From Candidatus Bathyarchaeota archaeon (GTDB lineage: Archaea; Thermoproteota; Bathyarchaeia; Bathyarchaeales; Bathycorpusculaceae): 64,000 nt of DNA. The position numbers and the translations under genes are program-made. Location: contig OY970280.1 in the NCBI GenBank assembly GCA_963715865.1, positions 2,272,001 through 2,336,000 of the forward strand. Direction: 5' to 3'. Below are positions 9,678 through 18,849 of the stretch, one piece after another. Positions within the stretch are counted from its first letter, which is position 1. Every line of letters starts with the position of its first letter. The notes below the pieces were generated by a model. It had not been told where the DNA came from, made no database searches, and was given only the letters and a program-made list of their open reading frames with translations.

Positions 9678-11111
9678 TTGAATGGCATGAGCGAAAAAAA
9701 GAAAGCTGGATTAAAAGAATTAAGCCCCATAGACGTTTACAAGCTCCTTCCAAAAACTAACTGTAAAGAATGCGGTCAAGACAACTGCATGGCTTTCGCC
9801 ACAAAAATTGTCAACCGCGAAATAAATATTGACCAGTGCCCGCCGCTGCTAAAGAAAGAAAACGAGAAAGCCTACAATCAACTGAAAGAAATGCTAAAAC
9901 CAGCAGTCAAAGAAGTCATCGTCGGCGTCGGAGACAAAGCTACGAAACTCGGCGGCAAACTAGTCATGTACCGCCATGAATTCACCTATACGAACCCTAC
10001 AGCCATCGCAATCGACGTAACCGACGAAATGACCGAGCAGGAAGTCGTAAACCGAATAAAACGCATAGAAAACTATAGCTTCGAATACATCGGCTACACG
10101 CTAAAGCTGGACATGATTGCTGTCCGCTCAACATCAGGCGACGCTGAAAAATTCAAAGTCACCGTGAAAAAGGTCGCTGAAACAACCAATTTACCAATGA
10201 TCCTGTGCGCATTGAACCCCAATGTCCTTGAAGCAGGATTGATGGCGGCGCCAAATGCACGACCACTGCTCTATGCGGCTAACGCTGAGAACTGGAAAGA
10301 CATGGCAGAACTCGCATTAATGTACAATTGCCCACTAGTGGTTTCTGCACCAAACGACCTAACCACTCTGTTTTCACTTGCTAAAACTATGATGGCTTAC
10401 GGTGTAACCGACTTAGTCTTAGACCCCGGCACATTCACGAACGAAGGGCTCCCAGATACCATTAACAACTTTACTATGCTACGCAGAGCAGCATGCAAAG
10501 GCGGCGAAGAACTAGCCGGATTCCCATTAATGGGTGTCCCAATGGTTGCTTGGGTGGACAGGGGCGAAACAGCTGAAGACCTCATAAAATGGCGCGAATC
10601 ATACTTAGCCTCAATGCTCCTTGTCCGATACGCTGATGTGCTTGTGATGCATGGCGCTGACGGCTGGTCACTGCTACCGACAACAGTGTTAAGACAAAAC
10701 ATTTACACCGACCCACGCAAACCAGTTGCAGTCGCTCCAGGACTCAAAGTGTTCGGAACTCCAGACGAAAACTCGCCAGTGTTCTTCACATCAAACTTTG
10801 CCTTAACATACTACACAGTCGCATCAGACATAGAAAGCAACAAACTCAACGCATACCTAATCGTCGTAGAAACTGAAGGCTCAGCAATCGACAGCGGAGT
10901 CGCAGGACGCAAACTAACAGCCGAACGCGTAGCAGACGCAATCAAAGCTTCAGGCATCGAAAGCAAAGTTAAACACAGAAAAATCATCATCCCAGGCAAA
11001 GCCTCAAGGATCAGCGGCGAAATCGAAGAACTAAGCGGCTGGAAGGTACAAGTTGGTCCACGCGACAGCAGCGAAATCCCCAAGTACCTGATAGAGAAAT
11101 GGCAACCCTAA
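9678..11111 (+). CDS. cdhE: ACDS gamma subunit (corrinoid Fe-S protein large subunit)
   Basis: LPKTNCKECGQDNCMAFA...CPP, IYTDPRKP, TSNFALTY, GPRDSSEIP. Confidence 0.95.
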   Translation: MNGMSEKKKAGLKELSPIDVYKLLPKTNCKECGQDNCMAFATKIVNREINIDQCPPLLKKENEKAYNQLKEMLKPAVKEVIVGVGDKATKLGGKLVMYRHEFTYTNPTAIAIDVTDEMTEQEVVNRIKRIENYSFEYIGYTLKLDMIAVRSTSGDAEKFKVTVKKVAETTNLPMILCALNPNVLEAGLMAAPNARPLLYAANAENWKDMAELALMYNCPLVVSAPNDLTTLFSLAKTMMAYGVTDLVLDPGTFTNEGLPDTINNFTMLRRAACKGGEELAGFPLMGVPMVAWVDRGETAEDLIKWRESYLASMLLVRYADVLVMHGADGWSLLPTTVLRQNIYTDPRKPVAVAPGLKVFGTPDENSPVFFTSNFALTYYTVASDIESNKLNAYLIVVETEGSAIDSGVAGRKLTAERVADAIKASGIESKVKHRKIIIPGKASRISGEIEELSGWKVQVGPRDSSEIPKYLIEKWQP

Positions 11112-11112
11112 C

Positions 11113-11170
11113 CTTTCCTTTCTTTATTTTCTAAGAATTTTATCTCCATCTCATTTCTTGTTTCTTTTAA
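11113..11170 (+). terminator. Oligo(T)/pyrimidine-rich archaeal terminator after cdhE
   Basis: CTTTCCTTTCTTTATTTTC...TTTCTTGTTTCTTTT immediately after the stop codon. Confidence 0.5.
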
Positions 11171-11273
11171 TCTGATTATGTTAAAATCCCCATGCTTTTT
11201 AGCTAAATATGTACTAAAAGCTGATAAACCCCTTTTTTCACTACATCCCCATTACAGTTAGAAGGGACTAAAA

Positions 11274-12755
11274 ATAGGCTGCGGCATCTTTGGTGCAATA
11301 AACTATGAAAATCAACCTGTCTTTCCGTATGTTTACTGGGGTCTCCGAGCCCAAAACCACCGAGGTCATCAATCACACGGCTTCCTCACATACAACAACA
11401 AACAATTTTTTGTATACAAAAACTTAGATTTAGTTCCAAAAATAAAAACTAACGCCATACAAGAATGGTTCGGGCGCCTTCCAGGATCTATGGGCATCGG
11501 CAACGTTCGATACACAACGTCAGGCAAATGTGATGATGCCTCACTTATCCAAGGCACTCAACCAGTCACCGCTTCAGCAAATGGCATAAAACTTGCACTC
11601 TCATTCAACGGCAACATAGTTAACACTTTGCCGCTGAAAAAAGAAATGACCGAAAACTTCTCAGACTTCCTCTACAATTGCGACTCCGACATAGTATGCC
11701 ACAAAATGCTCCTTGGACTCAAACAAGGCAAAGACTTAGCATCCGCGGTTCGCTCCGTCATGGAAAGCTTAGACGGCGCATTCTCCGTAACAGGCCTAAC
11801 CGGAGACGGAGACTTTTTCGCCTTCAAAGACCCGCATGGAATAAAACCGCTATGCGCTGGGCATGACCCTGCTGGGGCAACCTACGCTTTTTCCTCCGAA
11901 ACCGCAAGCTTAGACATGAACAGTTTAGTAAGAGACTTCGAACTAAAACCAGGCGAATTAGTCACAGTTTCACAAGACGGCTTCAAACGCACACAAATCA
12001 TTAAAAACCCTCACCACGCTTTTTGCGCTTTCGAATACGCTTATTTTGCTAGGCCCGATTCAAGGTTTGACGACAAATACGTTTACGAAATACGCGAAGA
12101 GTTCGGCAGAAATATCGTTAAAGAATATCCTGAAATAGTAAAGAATAGCGACATGATTCTCTCAGTGCCTGAAACCGGCGATGACCCAGCCATGGGGGTC
12201 CATGAAGCATCAGGCTTACGATGGGAACGGGCATCAAGGCGGCACCGTTATGTTACCGAGAGAGCCTTCATACTCCTGAACATGGAGCGCTTTTCCACGA
12301 TTGATAGGAAAATCAACATTTTAGGTCCGAAAGTTAATGGTAAACGAGTTATCGTAACCGAAGACAGCATAGTCAGAGGGGACACAACCAAGGTAATTAT
12401 AGATAAATTACGAAAATCAGGAGCCAAAAAAATTTATGTCTTCGTTACTTTTCCACGAATTATCGGACCTTGCTTTTATGGAATTGACATGTCAACTTAC
12501 GGGCAACTCGTCGGCTCAAAACACAGCGCCGAAGAAATCGCTAAAATCATAGGTGCAGACGGCGTATGCTACCAGTCCATTGAGGGATTAATACGTGCCA
12601 CTGGTCAAACACAAGACGGGCTCTGTTTAGCCTGCATTACAGGCAAGTATCCAACCCCATGTGCTCAAAAAATGGCTGATGCCATGAAACAGAGATTCCT
12701 TGATGGCTACGAAGAAAAAACGAGAATTTACGAGTCGGATGAAATTCAACCCTAA
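11274..12755 (+). CDS. purF: Amidophosphoribosyltransferase; the real N-terminus is 72 codons upstream of the track start
   Basis: In-frame upstream read IGCGIFG...QNHRGHQSHG includes the catalytic Cys (11280-11282). NVRYTTSG, CAFEYAYFARPDS, VPETG, EDSIVRGDT, CFYGIDM, CLAC. Confidence 0.93.
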   Translation: MGCGIFGAINYENQPVFPYVYWGLRAQNHRGHQSHGFLTYNNKQFFVYKNLDLVPKIKTNAIQEWFGRLPGSMGIGNVRYTTSGKCDDASLIQGTQPVTASANGIKLALSFNGNIVNTLPLKKEMTENFSDFLYNCDSDIVCHKMLLGLKQGKDLASAVRSVMESLDGAFSVTGLTGDGDFFAFKDPHGIKPLCAGHDPAGATYAFSSETASLDMNSLVRDFELKPGELVTVSQDGFKRTQIIKNPHHAFCAFEYAYFARPDSRFDDKYVYEIREEFGRNIVKEYPEIVKNSDMILSVPETGDDPAMGVHEASGLRWERASRRHRYVTERAFILLNMERFSTIDRKINILGPKVNGKRVIVTEDSIVRGDTTKVIIDKLRKSGAKKIYVFVTFPRIIGPCFYGIDMSTYGQLVGSKHSAEEIAKIIGADGVCYQSIEGLIRATGQTQDGLCLACITGKYPTPCAQKMADAMKQRFLDGYEEKTRIYESDEIQP

Positions 12756-12816
12756 CTGCAGTGGCAAAGCAAATTAAGCGTTCCCTCTCCTCTCTTAGCA
12801 TAACGGTGTATCTTGA

Positions 12817-14232
12817 ATGGAAAAAATAGGTATACTGGTCGTTTCCTACGGCGCAAGAGAAGTCGCCATGGTTGACGCTCTTCTACAAAGCAGAAACTAC
12901 CAAGTGGAACTCTACATCGCCGATAAACAACGGAACCCTTTCAACGCAGAAAAAGCCGCAAAACACGTTGTCATCCCAAACCTTGACGTTGAAGAAATCT
13001 GCAAATTCGCTGAATCAAGCAAGGATAAAATCGATTTCGTTCTGGTCGGTTCAGAAAAACCCATAATTGAAGGAGTCCGCGACCTCGTTGAGAAACGCAC
13101 AGGTATACCGGTTATTTGTCCAAAGCAACAATACGCCATAGAAGTCAGCAAAATCGAGCAGCGGCTGCTTTTCCAAGAAATTGCGCCAGAAGCTAATCCG
13201 CGCTTCAAGATTTTTAATCCAGCCGATTACAATGGCAAAACGGAAGTTAAAAGTGCCGTTTACCGCTGGCTAGATGAGCTAGATAACCAAGCTGTGGTTA
13301 AGCCTGATAAGCCTGCTTTGGGAAAAGGCGTCGGCGTCTGGGGAGACCACTTTGCCACCCGAGAGCAACTTTTTGAGCATTTCATGTCCAACTTCCAATA
13401 CGGCTCAGTAATAATAGAGGAAAAGATAGATGGGGAAGAATCCAGTTTCATGGCTTTCTGTGATGGCAAACACTTTATTCCCATGCCAGATACACGTGAT
13501 TACAAGCGTGCCTTTGATGATGATAAAGGTCCGAACACTGGTGGAATGGGCTCATACAAGGACGTTGGCGACACATTGCCATTCTTGACTGCGGCTGAAC
13601 GGAAACAGGAACTTGCGTTAGCCAATAAAATTTTCAAAGGTTGGAAGGCTAAGATTAAAGATGATTCGGCGCTCAGAGGCGTGCCCCTATATCTTGCCTT
13701 CATGCACACTGGCCACGGGATTAAGGTTCTAGAGAACAACAGTCGTCCCGGCGACCCAGAAATAATCAACCTCCTTCCACTAATCAAAGATGATTTTGTT
13801 GACATATGCTTCAAAATGATTGAGGGAAACCTAACGAGTGCCAAGTTGGAAAAGGCGGCGACCGTTTTAACATATAAGGTTCCACCAGACTACGGCGGCT
13901 ACGCAGACATGTTCCCCAACCAAATAGACAAATCAGCCGTTAACACTCAAGTTGACCTCTCAAAAGCTTACGCGCTAACCAAAAAGTATGGTAATAGAAT
14001 ACGCATTTACCCTGGCTCCATGGAAACAAGAAACGGCAAAAACTACGCTTTGAAATCTCGTGCAGTCGGGGTCTTAGGCATCGGCAATAGCATCGAAGAA
14101 GCACGACAAATCAGCCTCGAAGGCACCAAAGCAATCACAGGTGGAGCATTATGGAACCGAACCGACGTCGCCTCAAAGCAGCATATTGCAAAAAGCGTTA
14201 GTCACATGGAGAACTTGAGGCGCAAAGCGTGA
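12817..14232 (+). CDS. purD: Phosphoribosylamine-glycine ligase (GAR synthetase)
   Basis: GKGVGV, IEEKIDGEE, RDYKRAFDDDKGPNTGGMGSY, ENNSRPGDPE. Confidence 0.95.
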   Translation: MEKIGILVVSYGAREVAMVDALLQSRNYQVELYIADKQRNPFNAEKAAKHVVIPNLDVEEICKFAESSKDKIDFVLVGSEKPIIEGVRDLVEKRTGIPVICPKQQYAIEVSKIEQRLLFQEIAPEANPRFKIFNPADYNGKTEVKSAVYRWLDELDNQAVVKPDKPALGKGVGVWGDHFATREQLFEHFMSNFQYGSVIIEEKIDGEESSFMAFCDGKHFIPMPDTRDYKRAFDDDKGPNTGGMGSYKDVGDTLPFLTAAERKQELALANKIFKGWKAKIKDDSALRGVPLYLAFMHTGHGIKVLENNSRPGDPEIINLLPLIKDDFVDICFKMIEGNLTSAKLEKAATVLTYKVPPDYGGYADMFPNQIDKSAVNTQVDLSKAYALTKKYGNRIRIYPGSMETRNGKNYALKSRAVGVLGIGNSIEEARQISLEGTKAITGGALWNRTDVASKQHIAKSVSHMENLRRKA

Positions 14233-15311
14233 AGCACATCTTCATTTCTGACTGTGAAGGACCAATCTCCAAAAACGACAACGCCTTCGAGTTAACAGCC
14301 CATTTTATTCCAGAAGGAGACAAACTTTTTGCTAACATAAGCAAGTACGACGATGTACTGGCGGATGTTCTGCGAAAGCCCAGTTACTCTGCAGGCAGCA
14401 CGTTGAAACTGGTTTTGCCTTTCTTTAAAGCGTACGATGTTACGGATAAGCAGATGGAGAACTTTTCAGAGAAAAACATTTTTTTAATCGCTAACAGCCA
14501 AAATACGCTTCGCTACGTGCAAGCTATAGCCAACGCCTTCATCGTCAGCACCAGTTACGAGCATTACATAAGAGCGCTGTGCAAAGCATTAGCATTCCCA
14601 TACGAAAACACTTACTGTACCAAACTAAGCCTAGACAAATACGCCATCACCCAACAAGAAAAAAAGCGCTTAAAGGAGATAGCGAAAGAAATCTCCCAAA
14701 TGCAAATAATCACAATTCCCCCAAAAGCAAAAAAAATAGAAAACTTTTCGCGCAATGACCAGATGGCAATTCAGCGCTTGGATGAGATTTTCTGGAACGA
14801 AATCCTCAAGATGGGCTCAGGTAAACTGCTTACCGATGTCGTAACAGTTGGCGGAGAACAAAAAGCCGAAGCAATCCGTGACGCCGTAAAACGTTTAAGT
14901 TCAAAAATAGCGGATGTGATGTACGTGGGCGACAGCATAACCGACGTGGGCGCCTTCAAACTGGTACGAGCCAACGACGGCTTAACCGTATCCTTTAATG
15001 GCAATAGTTACGCAGTTAAAAATGCTGAAGTAGCGGTTCTATCCGAAAATAATGTTATCACTGCTGTGATTGCTGATTTGTTCTGCAGATTTGGGAAAGA
15101 AAAAACAATGCGTACGCTTCGGTCTTGGAGTTATGAAGCGCTCAAAAAACGAGGAGTGGACGATGCTTTGCTAAGACAGCTCTCAGACCTGTATCCTGAT
15201 GCCTTGCCTAAAGCTCAAATAGTAACAGCTGAGAATACGGAAATGCTAGTAAAAGAAAGCAGCGAATTTAGGAAGAAAGTGCGAGGAGTAGCCATCGGGA
15301 GACTCGGATAA
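14229..15311 (+). CDS. HAD-superfamily phosphohydrolase, COG4030/'EhaR'-like
   Basis: HAD motifs: ISDCEGP (I), IVSTS (II), KAEAI (III), YVGDSITD (IV). The N-terminal FISDCEGPISKNDNAFEL matches my recollection of the EhaR-like family. GTG start overlaps the purD stop. Confidence 0.75.
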   Translation: MKHIFISDCEGPISKNDNAFELTAHFIPEGDKLFANISKYDDVLADVLRKPSYSAGSTLKLVLPFFKAYDVTDKQMENFSEKNIFLIANSQNTLRYVQAIANAFIVSTSYEHYIRALCKALAFPYENTYCTKLSLDKYAITQQEKKRLKEIAKEISQMQIITIPPKAKKIENFSRNDQMAIQRLDEIFWNEILKMGSGKLLTDVVTVGGEQKAEAIRDAVKRLSSKIADVMYVGDSITDVGAFKLVRANDGLTVSFNGNSYAVKNAEVAVLSENNVITAVIADLFCRFGKEKTMRTLRSWSYEALKKRGVDDALLRQLSDLYPDALPKAQIVTAENTEMLVKESSEFRKKVRGVAIGRLG

Positions 15312-16223
15312 ATGCCAAATAAAGCATTAATAGAGGACACGTACGCCGAAGCCTTTACTGGAATCTTTTGCCGGGTAATTGTTACAGCCGACGACGAGGA
15401 AACCTTGCGTAGGGCTGCTGAAGATTCAACAGCAACGCCATCCGTTGTGATTGGCAGAGTGGAAGGCGGAGTCGAAAAATACCTAAGCCAAAAAGAAACT
15501 CCTGATAAGCGCAAAGGCGCGATACTGCAGTTCTGGGGAGAAATAAACCCCAAAAAAGCCTTCGCTGAATCACTAAAAAAGTTTGAAACCGAGCTTTCCT
15601 ACCGCATCCGTCAAGACATCCTAGTCAAGCCTTTCACCGCTGTCTACGACGCTTTGACAAGTGCTGAAGGCAAAATGGACATGATGGAGAGTGTTGGGCA
15701 CTGCGGTGACGGCTATGAATGGGTTGAAAAGCGCCACGGTAGAGAAGTTATCGTTGTCCCGCTGATGGTTCCTGACTTTATCATTGAGCGGTACTTAGGC
15801 TATGGCCGCGGTGTCATGGGCGGCAATTTTTGGGTGATGTGTAAAACAAAAGAAGCCTTAAGGCAAGCAGGCGAAAAAGCCTTAGCAGCAATCCATAATG
15901 TACGTGGTATAGTTGCGCCCTTTGATGTCTGCTCTGCCGGCTCCAAGCCGGAAACTCATTTTCCCAAGATTGGTCCAACAACTAACCACCTGTATTGTCC
16001 CTCTCTTAAGGAGCGGTTAGGCAAAGAATCCAAGGTTCCTGAAGGTGTAGGCTACATAGCAGAGATAGTGATAGATGGGGTTTCTTTAGATGCTGTTAAA
16101 AAAGCTACCAAAGCTGGAATCGAAGCAGTGTTAGGCATTGATGGCGTCGTGAAGGTTTCCGCTGGCAACTACGGCGGCAAACTAGGCGAACACAAAATAT
16201 TTTTGCGAGAGCTGTTTCCATGA
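15312..16223 (+). CDS. ftr: Formylmethanofuran:H4MPT formyltransferase (Ftr)-like protein
   Basis: [57 protein letters not shown]...LF all follow Ftr. It is divergent from canonical Ftr in the middle. Confidence 0.88.
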   Translation: MPNKALIEDTYAEAFTGIFCRVIVTADDEETLRRAAEDSTATPSVVIGRVEGGVEKYLSQKETPDKRKGAILQFWGEINPKKAFAESLKKFETELSYRIRQDILVKPFTAVYDALTSAEGKMDMMESVGHCGDGYEWVEKRHGREVIVVPLMVPDFIIERYLGYGRGVMGGNFWVMCKTKEALRQAGEKALAAIHNVRGIVAPFDVCSAGSKPETHFPKIGPTTNHLYCPSLKERLGKESKVPEGVGYIAEIVIDGVSLDAVKKATKAGIEAVLGIDGVVKVSAGNYGGKLGEHKIFLRELFP

Positions 16224-17131
16224 CCAAATTTGACGTTATCGGTTTTGGTGCACTCAACGTTGATATGCTTTTCAAAGTCGATAGACTTGCGGGGGCTGAA
16301 GAGGAAAGCTTCATCGAAGAATACACTGAAGCCTGCGGTGGCTCAGCCGCGAATACCGTGGTTGGGTTGGCAAGGCTCGGGTGCAAAACAGGGTTCATAG
16401 GAAAAGTAGCCAATGACCGAGAAGGCAAACTGCAAATTGACTGTTTTAGCAATGAAGGCGTAGACACCAGTGGCATCATTCAGACAAAACAGGGAAAAAG
16501 CGGTTCAGTGCTGGGTTTCGTGGACAAGAAAGGTGCAAGGGCATTATACATTAATTCAGGCGTGAACGATTCAATTGAGCCTCGGGAATTGAAATGGGAT
16601 TATGTTTCTCAAACAAAATTTCTCCATCTATCATCCTTCGTGGGAGAAAAATCATTCCGTACACAAAAAAAGCTCTTAGGTTCACTGCCTAGCGATATTA
16701 AAATCAGCTTTGACCCAGGTTCAGTTTATGCACAGAAAGGTTTTGTAGCTATAGAACCAATAATTAGAAGTTCTTATGTTTTGATGCCTAACGCTGTTGA
16801 GCTTGAGCTTTTAACTGGAGAAGCTGATTACTGCAAAGGTGCCGATTTAATGATTGAGGTGGGCGTTAAAATTGTTGCAGTTAAACTTGGCAGCAAAGGC
16901 TGTTACGTTACTGATGGTCGAGAAAGGCTTAGGATAGAACCTTTTAAAGTTAAGGTGGTCGATACGACTGGTGCTGGGGATGCTTTTTGCGCTGGCTTTC
17001 TCTACGGCTTAATCAACAACAAAAGCTTATCCGAGTGTGGGCGTTTAGGCAATTTTGTTGCTTCAAGATGCGTAATGGAGATGGGCGCACGTGCGGGCTT
17101 GCCCTATGCTAAAGATTTAGCATCGATTTAG
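16220..17131 (+). CDS. PfkB/ribokinase-family sugar or nucleoside kinase
   Basis: [38 protein letters not shown]; ATGA overlap with the ftr-like gene. Confidence 0.92.
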   Translation: MTKFDVIGFGALNVDMLFKVDRLAGAEEESFIEEYTEACGGSAANTVVGLARLGCKTGFIGKVANDREGKLQIDCFSNEGVDTSGIIQTKQGKSGSVLGFVDKKGARALYINSGVNDSIEPRELKWDYVSQTKFLHLSSFVGEKSFRTQKKLLGSLPSDIKISFDPGSVYAQKGFVAIEPIIRSSYVLMPNAVELELLTGEADYCKGADLMIEVGVKIVAVKLGSKGCYVTDGRERLRIEPFKVKVVDTTGAGDAFCAGFLYGLINNKSLSECGRLGNFVASRCVMEMGARAGLPYAKDLASI

Positions 17132-17197
17132 TTAAAACTAACCTAAAAATGTGGAAACCAAAGAGCCTCAGGACAAAGTGCAAGTGAGACTTGAGGA

Positions 17198-17599
17198 TTA
17201 GCCGAAAACCAACTTTAGAAAGTCTACTTTACCAAAATGTTTTTGGTCGTTAGAATAAACTTCAGTAACTCCTAATCGCATCATCAAAGCAAGGTTTACA
17301 CCGTCATTAAAGTCTAAATTCTCAGCAATCATGTTATTTGCTCCTACCAACAGGTCATCGCCGCTGAAACCGATGACTTTTAAAGCCTTGTAGGACATCA
17401 TCTTTTCAAGACTAGGCTTGATATCCCCTTGCTTACCCATGGCTTCTAGTACCCAAGCTACCTCGCACATTACCAATGTAGAAGTTATGGCCAGTTCACC
17501 GTTTTCTATGCGTTCAAGAATATTCTTAGCGGTCTTCCCGAAAAGGGGGTGAGCCGTGAGAGCATAGATAAAGACGTTGGTGTCCACGAACCGAGTCAC
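17198..17599 (-). CDS. vapC: PIN-domain toxin
   Basis: FVDTNVFIY, E at helix 2, DFNDG, YSND acidic tetrad. Confidence 0.9.
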   Translation of the reverse strand: MTRFVDTNVFIYALTAHPLFGKTAKNILERIENGELAITSTLVMCEVAWVLEAMGKQGDIKPSLEKMMSYKALKVIGFSGDDLLVGANNMIAENLDFNDGVNLALMMRLGVTEVYSNDQKHFGKVDFLKLVFG

Positions 17600-17862
17600 T
17601 ATAAACCCTCAACCAACTTTTTCCGAATGTGTTCTCTTGCCAGGCGCTTTGGCTCGTTTATAGGCTTCTCCAACTTCACGGCGCCATATAACGCCTCAGT
17701 AGGCTTTTCATACTTACTTACTGGAACAAGACAAATACGCCCCATATACTCAGTGATGATAAGCCGAATGCCTTCATCCATGCCATATTTTTGGCGAAGC
17801 TGTTTGGGTAGAACGATGCGTCCATACTTGCCAACTTCCACAGACATATTCGACACCAGCAA
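17599..17862 (-). CDS. vapB: AbrB/SpoVT-family antitoxin (likely ATG start at 17847)
   Basis: VGKYGRIVLPKQLRQKYGM AbrB signature; its stop overlaps the vapC start. Confidence 0.85.
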   Translation of the reverse strand: MLVSNMSVEVGKYGRIVLPKQLRQKYGMDEGIRLIITEYMGRICLVPVSKYEKPTEALYGAVKLEKPINEPKRLAREHIRKKLVEGL

Positions 17863-17875
17863 ATAATGATGTTAA

Positions 17876-17918
17876 TGGCAAATATATCTCTTTTTGCCAA
17901 TTTATTTTGATTTGCCAA
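17876..17918. promoter_or_regulatory. Putative antitoxin operator
   Basis: Inverted repeat TGGCAAA(17876-82)-N10-TTTGCCA(17893-99) plus a third TTTGCCA at 17911-17, directly upstream of vapB. Confidence 0.55.
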
Positions 17919-18018
17919 AAACAATTTTTCGATTTGGCGTAGTCAAACACTTTCCCTTCCTTCGAGCCAAAAAGTGTATAAGCGCATCCGCTGAAACCTC
18001 GGACTGTTGATTGTAGCT

Positions 18019-18849
18019 TTAGCACTTCTTAGTTAAATTGTCAATTATGCTTTGGAAGATTAGTTTTCCGTCGCCGTACTGCAGCATTTGCTGTTGCCGT
18101 GTCCAGTCGGGCTGTTGCCACCAGTACATAGCTCTTTCAGGATGAGGCATCAAACCAAAAATATTCCCTTCCTTATTGCATATGCCAGCAATGTCATAGA
18201 AGGAACCATTCGGATTAGTTGGGTACTTGCCGTCAGCAGATTCGCCGTTTTTATCGCAGTATCGGAAAACAATCATGTCATCATCGATTAGTTTTGCAAG
18301 CATTTCCTGTTCTTTCTCCTTAGGGAACAGTAACCTTCCTTCTCCATGAGCAATAGGCATCCTGACCATTTTCCCAGCTGGGATTTTGTTTGTGAAAGCG
18401 CATTTTCCCTTGTTTTCGTGCTTGAGATAAACCCACTGGCACTTGAAACCTTGCGGCTCATTCGTAGTTAATGTGGCTTCAGGATAAGCGCTTACTCCCT
18501 CTAGGCCCGGAAGTAAACCGTACTCAACCAATATTTGGAAGCCGTTGCATACACCAAGAATTGGTCTGCCTTCATCAACAAACGTTTCAATCTCTTTGCC
18601 TAGCTTGGCACTAAGCCACCGCGCAAAAATCACGCCTGAACGCACATAATCGCCGAACGAGAAGCCGCCTGGAAAAACCAGCACCTGATAATCCAGCAGA
18701 TTTCGGCGTTTTATTAACTCGTTAACATGCAAGGTTTCCGCTTGCACGCCTAACTCTTGAAATGCCCGCTGGGTTTCTGAGTCGCAGTTGGTTCCGCCGA
18801 CGCGCATGACGCAGACTTTGATTTCTTCTTGGTTCATTTTAGGGCTCAC
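18019..18849 (-). CDS. purQ: FGAM synthase glutaminase subunit
   Basis: GGTNCD, PGGFSFGDY, LGVCNGFQIL, AHGEG, GLMPHPER. Confidence 0.95.
   Translation of the reverse strand: MSPKMNQEEIKVCVMRVGGTNCDSETQRAFQELGVQAETLHVNELIKRRNLLDYQVLVFPGGFSFGDYVRSGVIFARWLSAKLGKEIETFVDEGRPILGVCNGFQILVEYGLLPGLEGVSAYPEATLTTNEPQGFKCQWVYLKHENKGKCAFTNKIPAGKMVRMPIAHGEGRLLFPKEKEQEMLAKLIDDDMIVFRYCDKNGESADGKYPTNPNGSFYDIAGICNKEGNIFGLMPHPERAMYWWQQPDWTRQQQMLQYGDGKLIFQSIIDNLTKKC

Noticed and set aside
14229-15311. Energy-converting hydrogenase subunit (EhaR label)
   Set aside because: The sequence has HAD phosphatase motifs, no FeS or TM segments, and no hydrogenase genes nearby.
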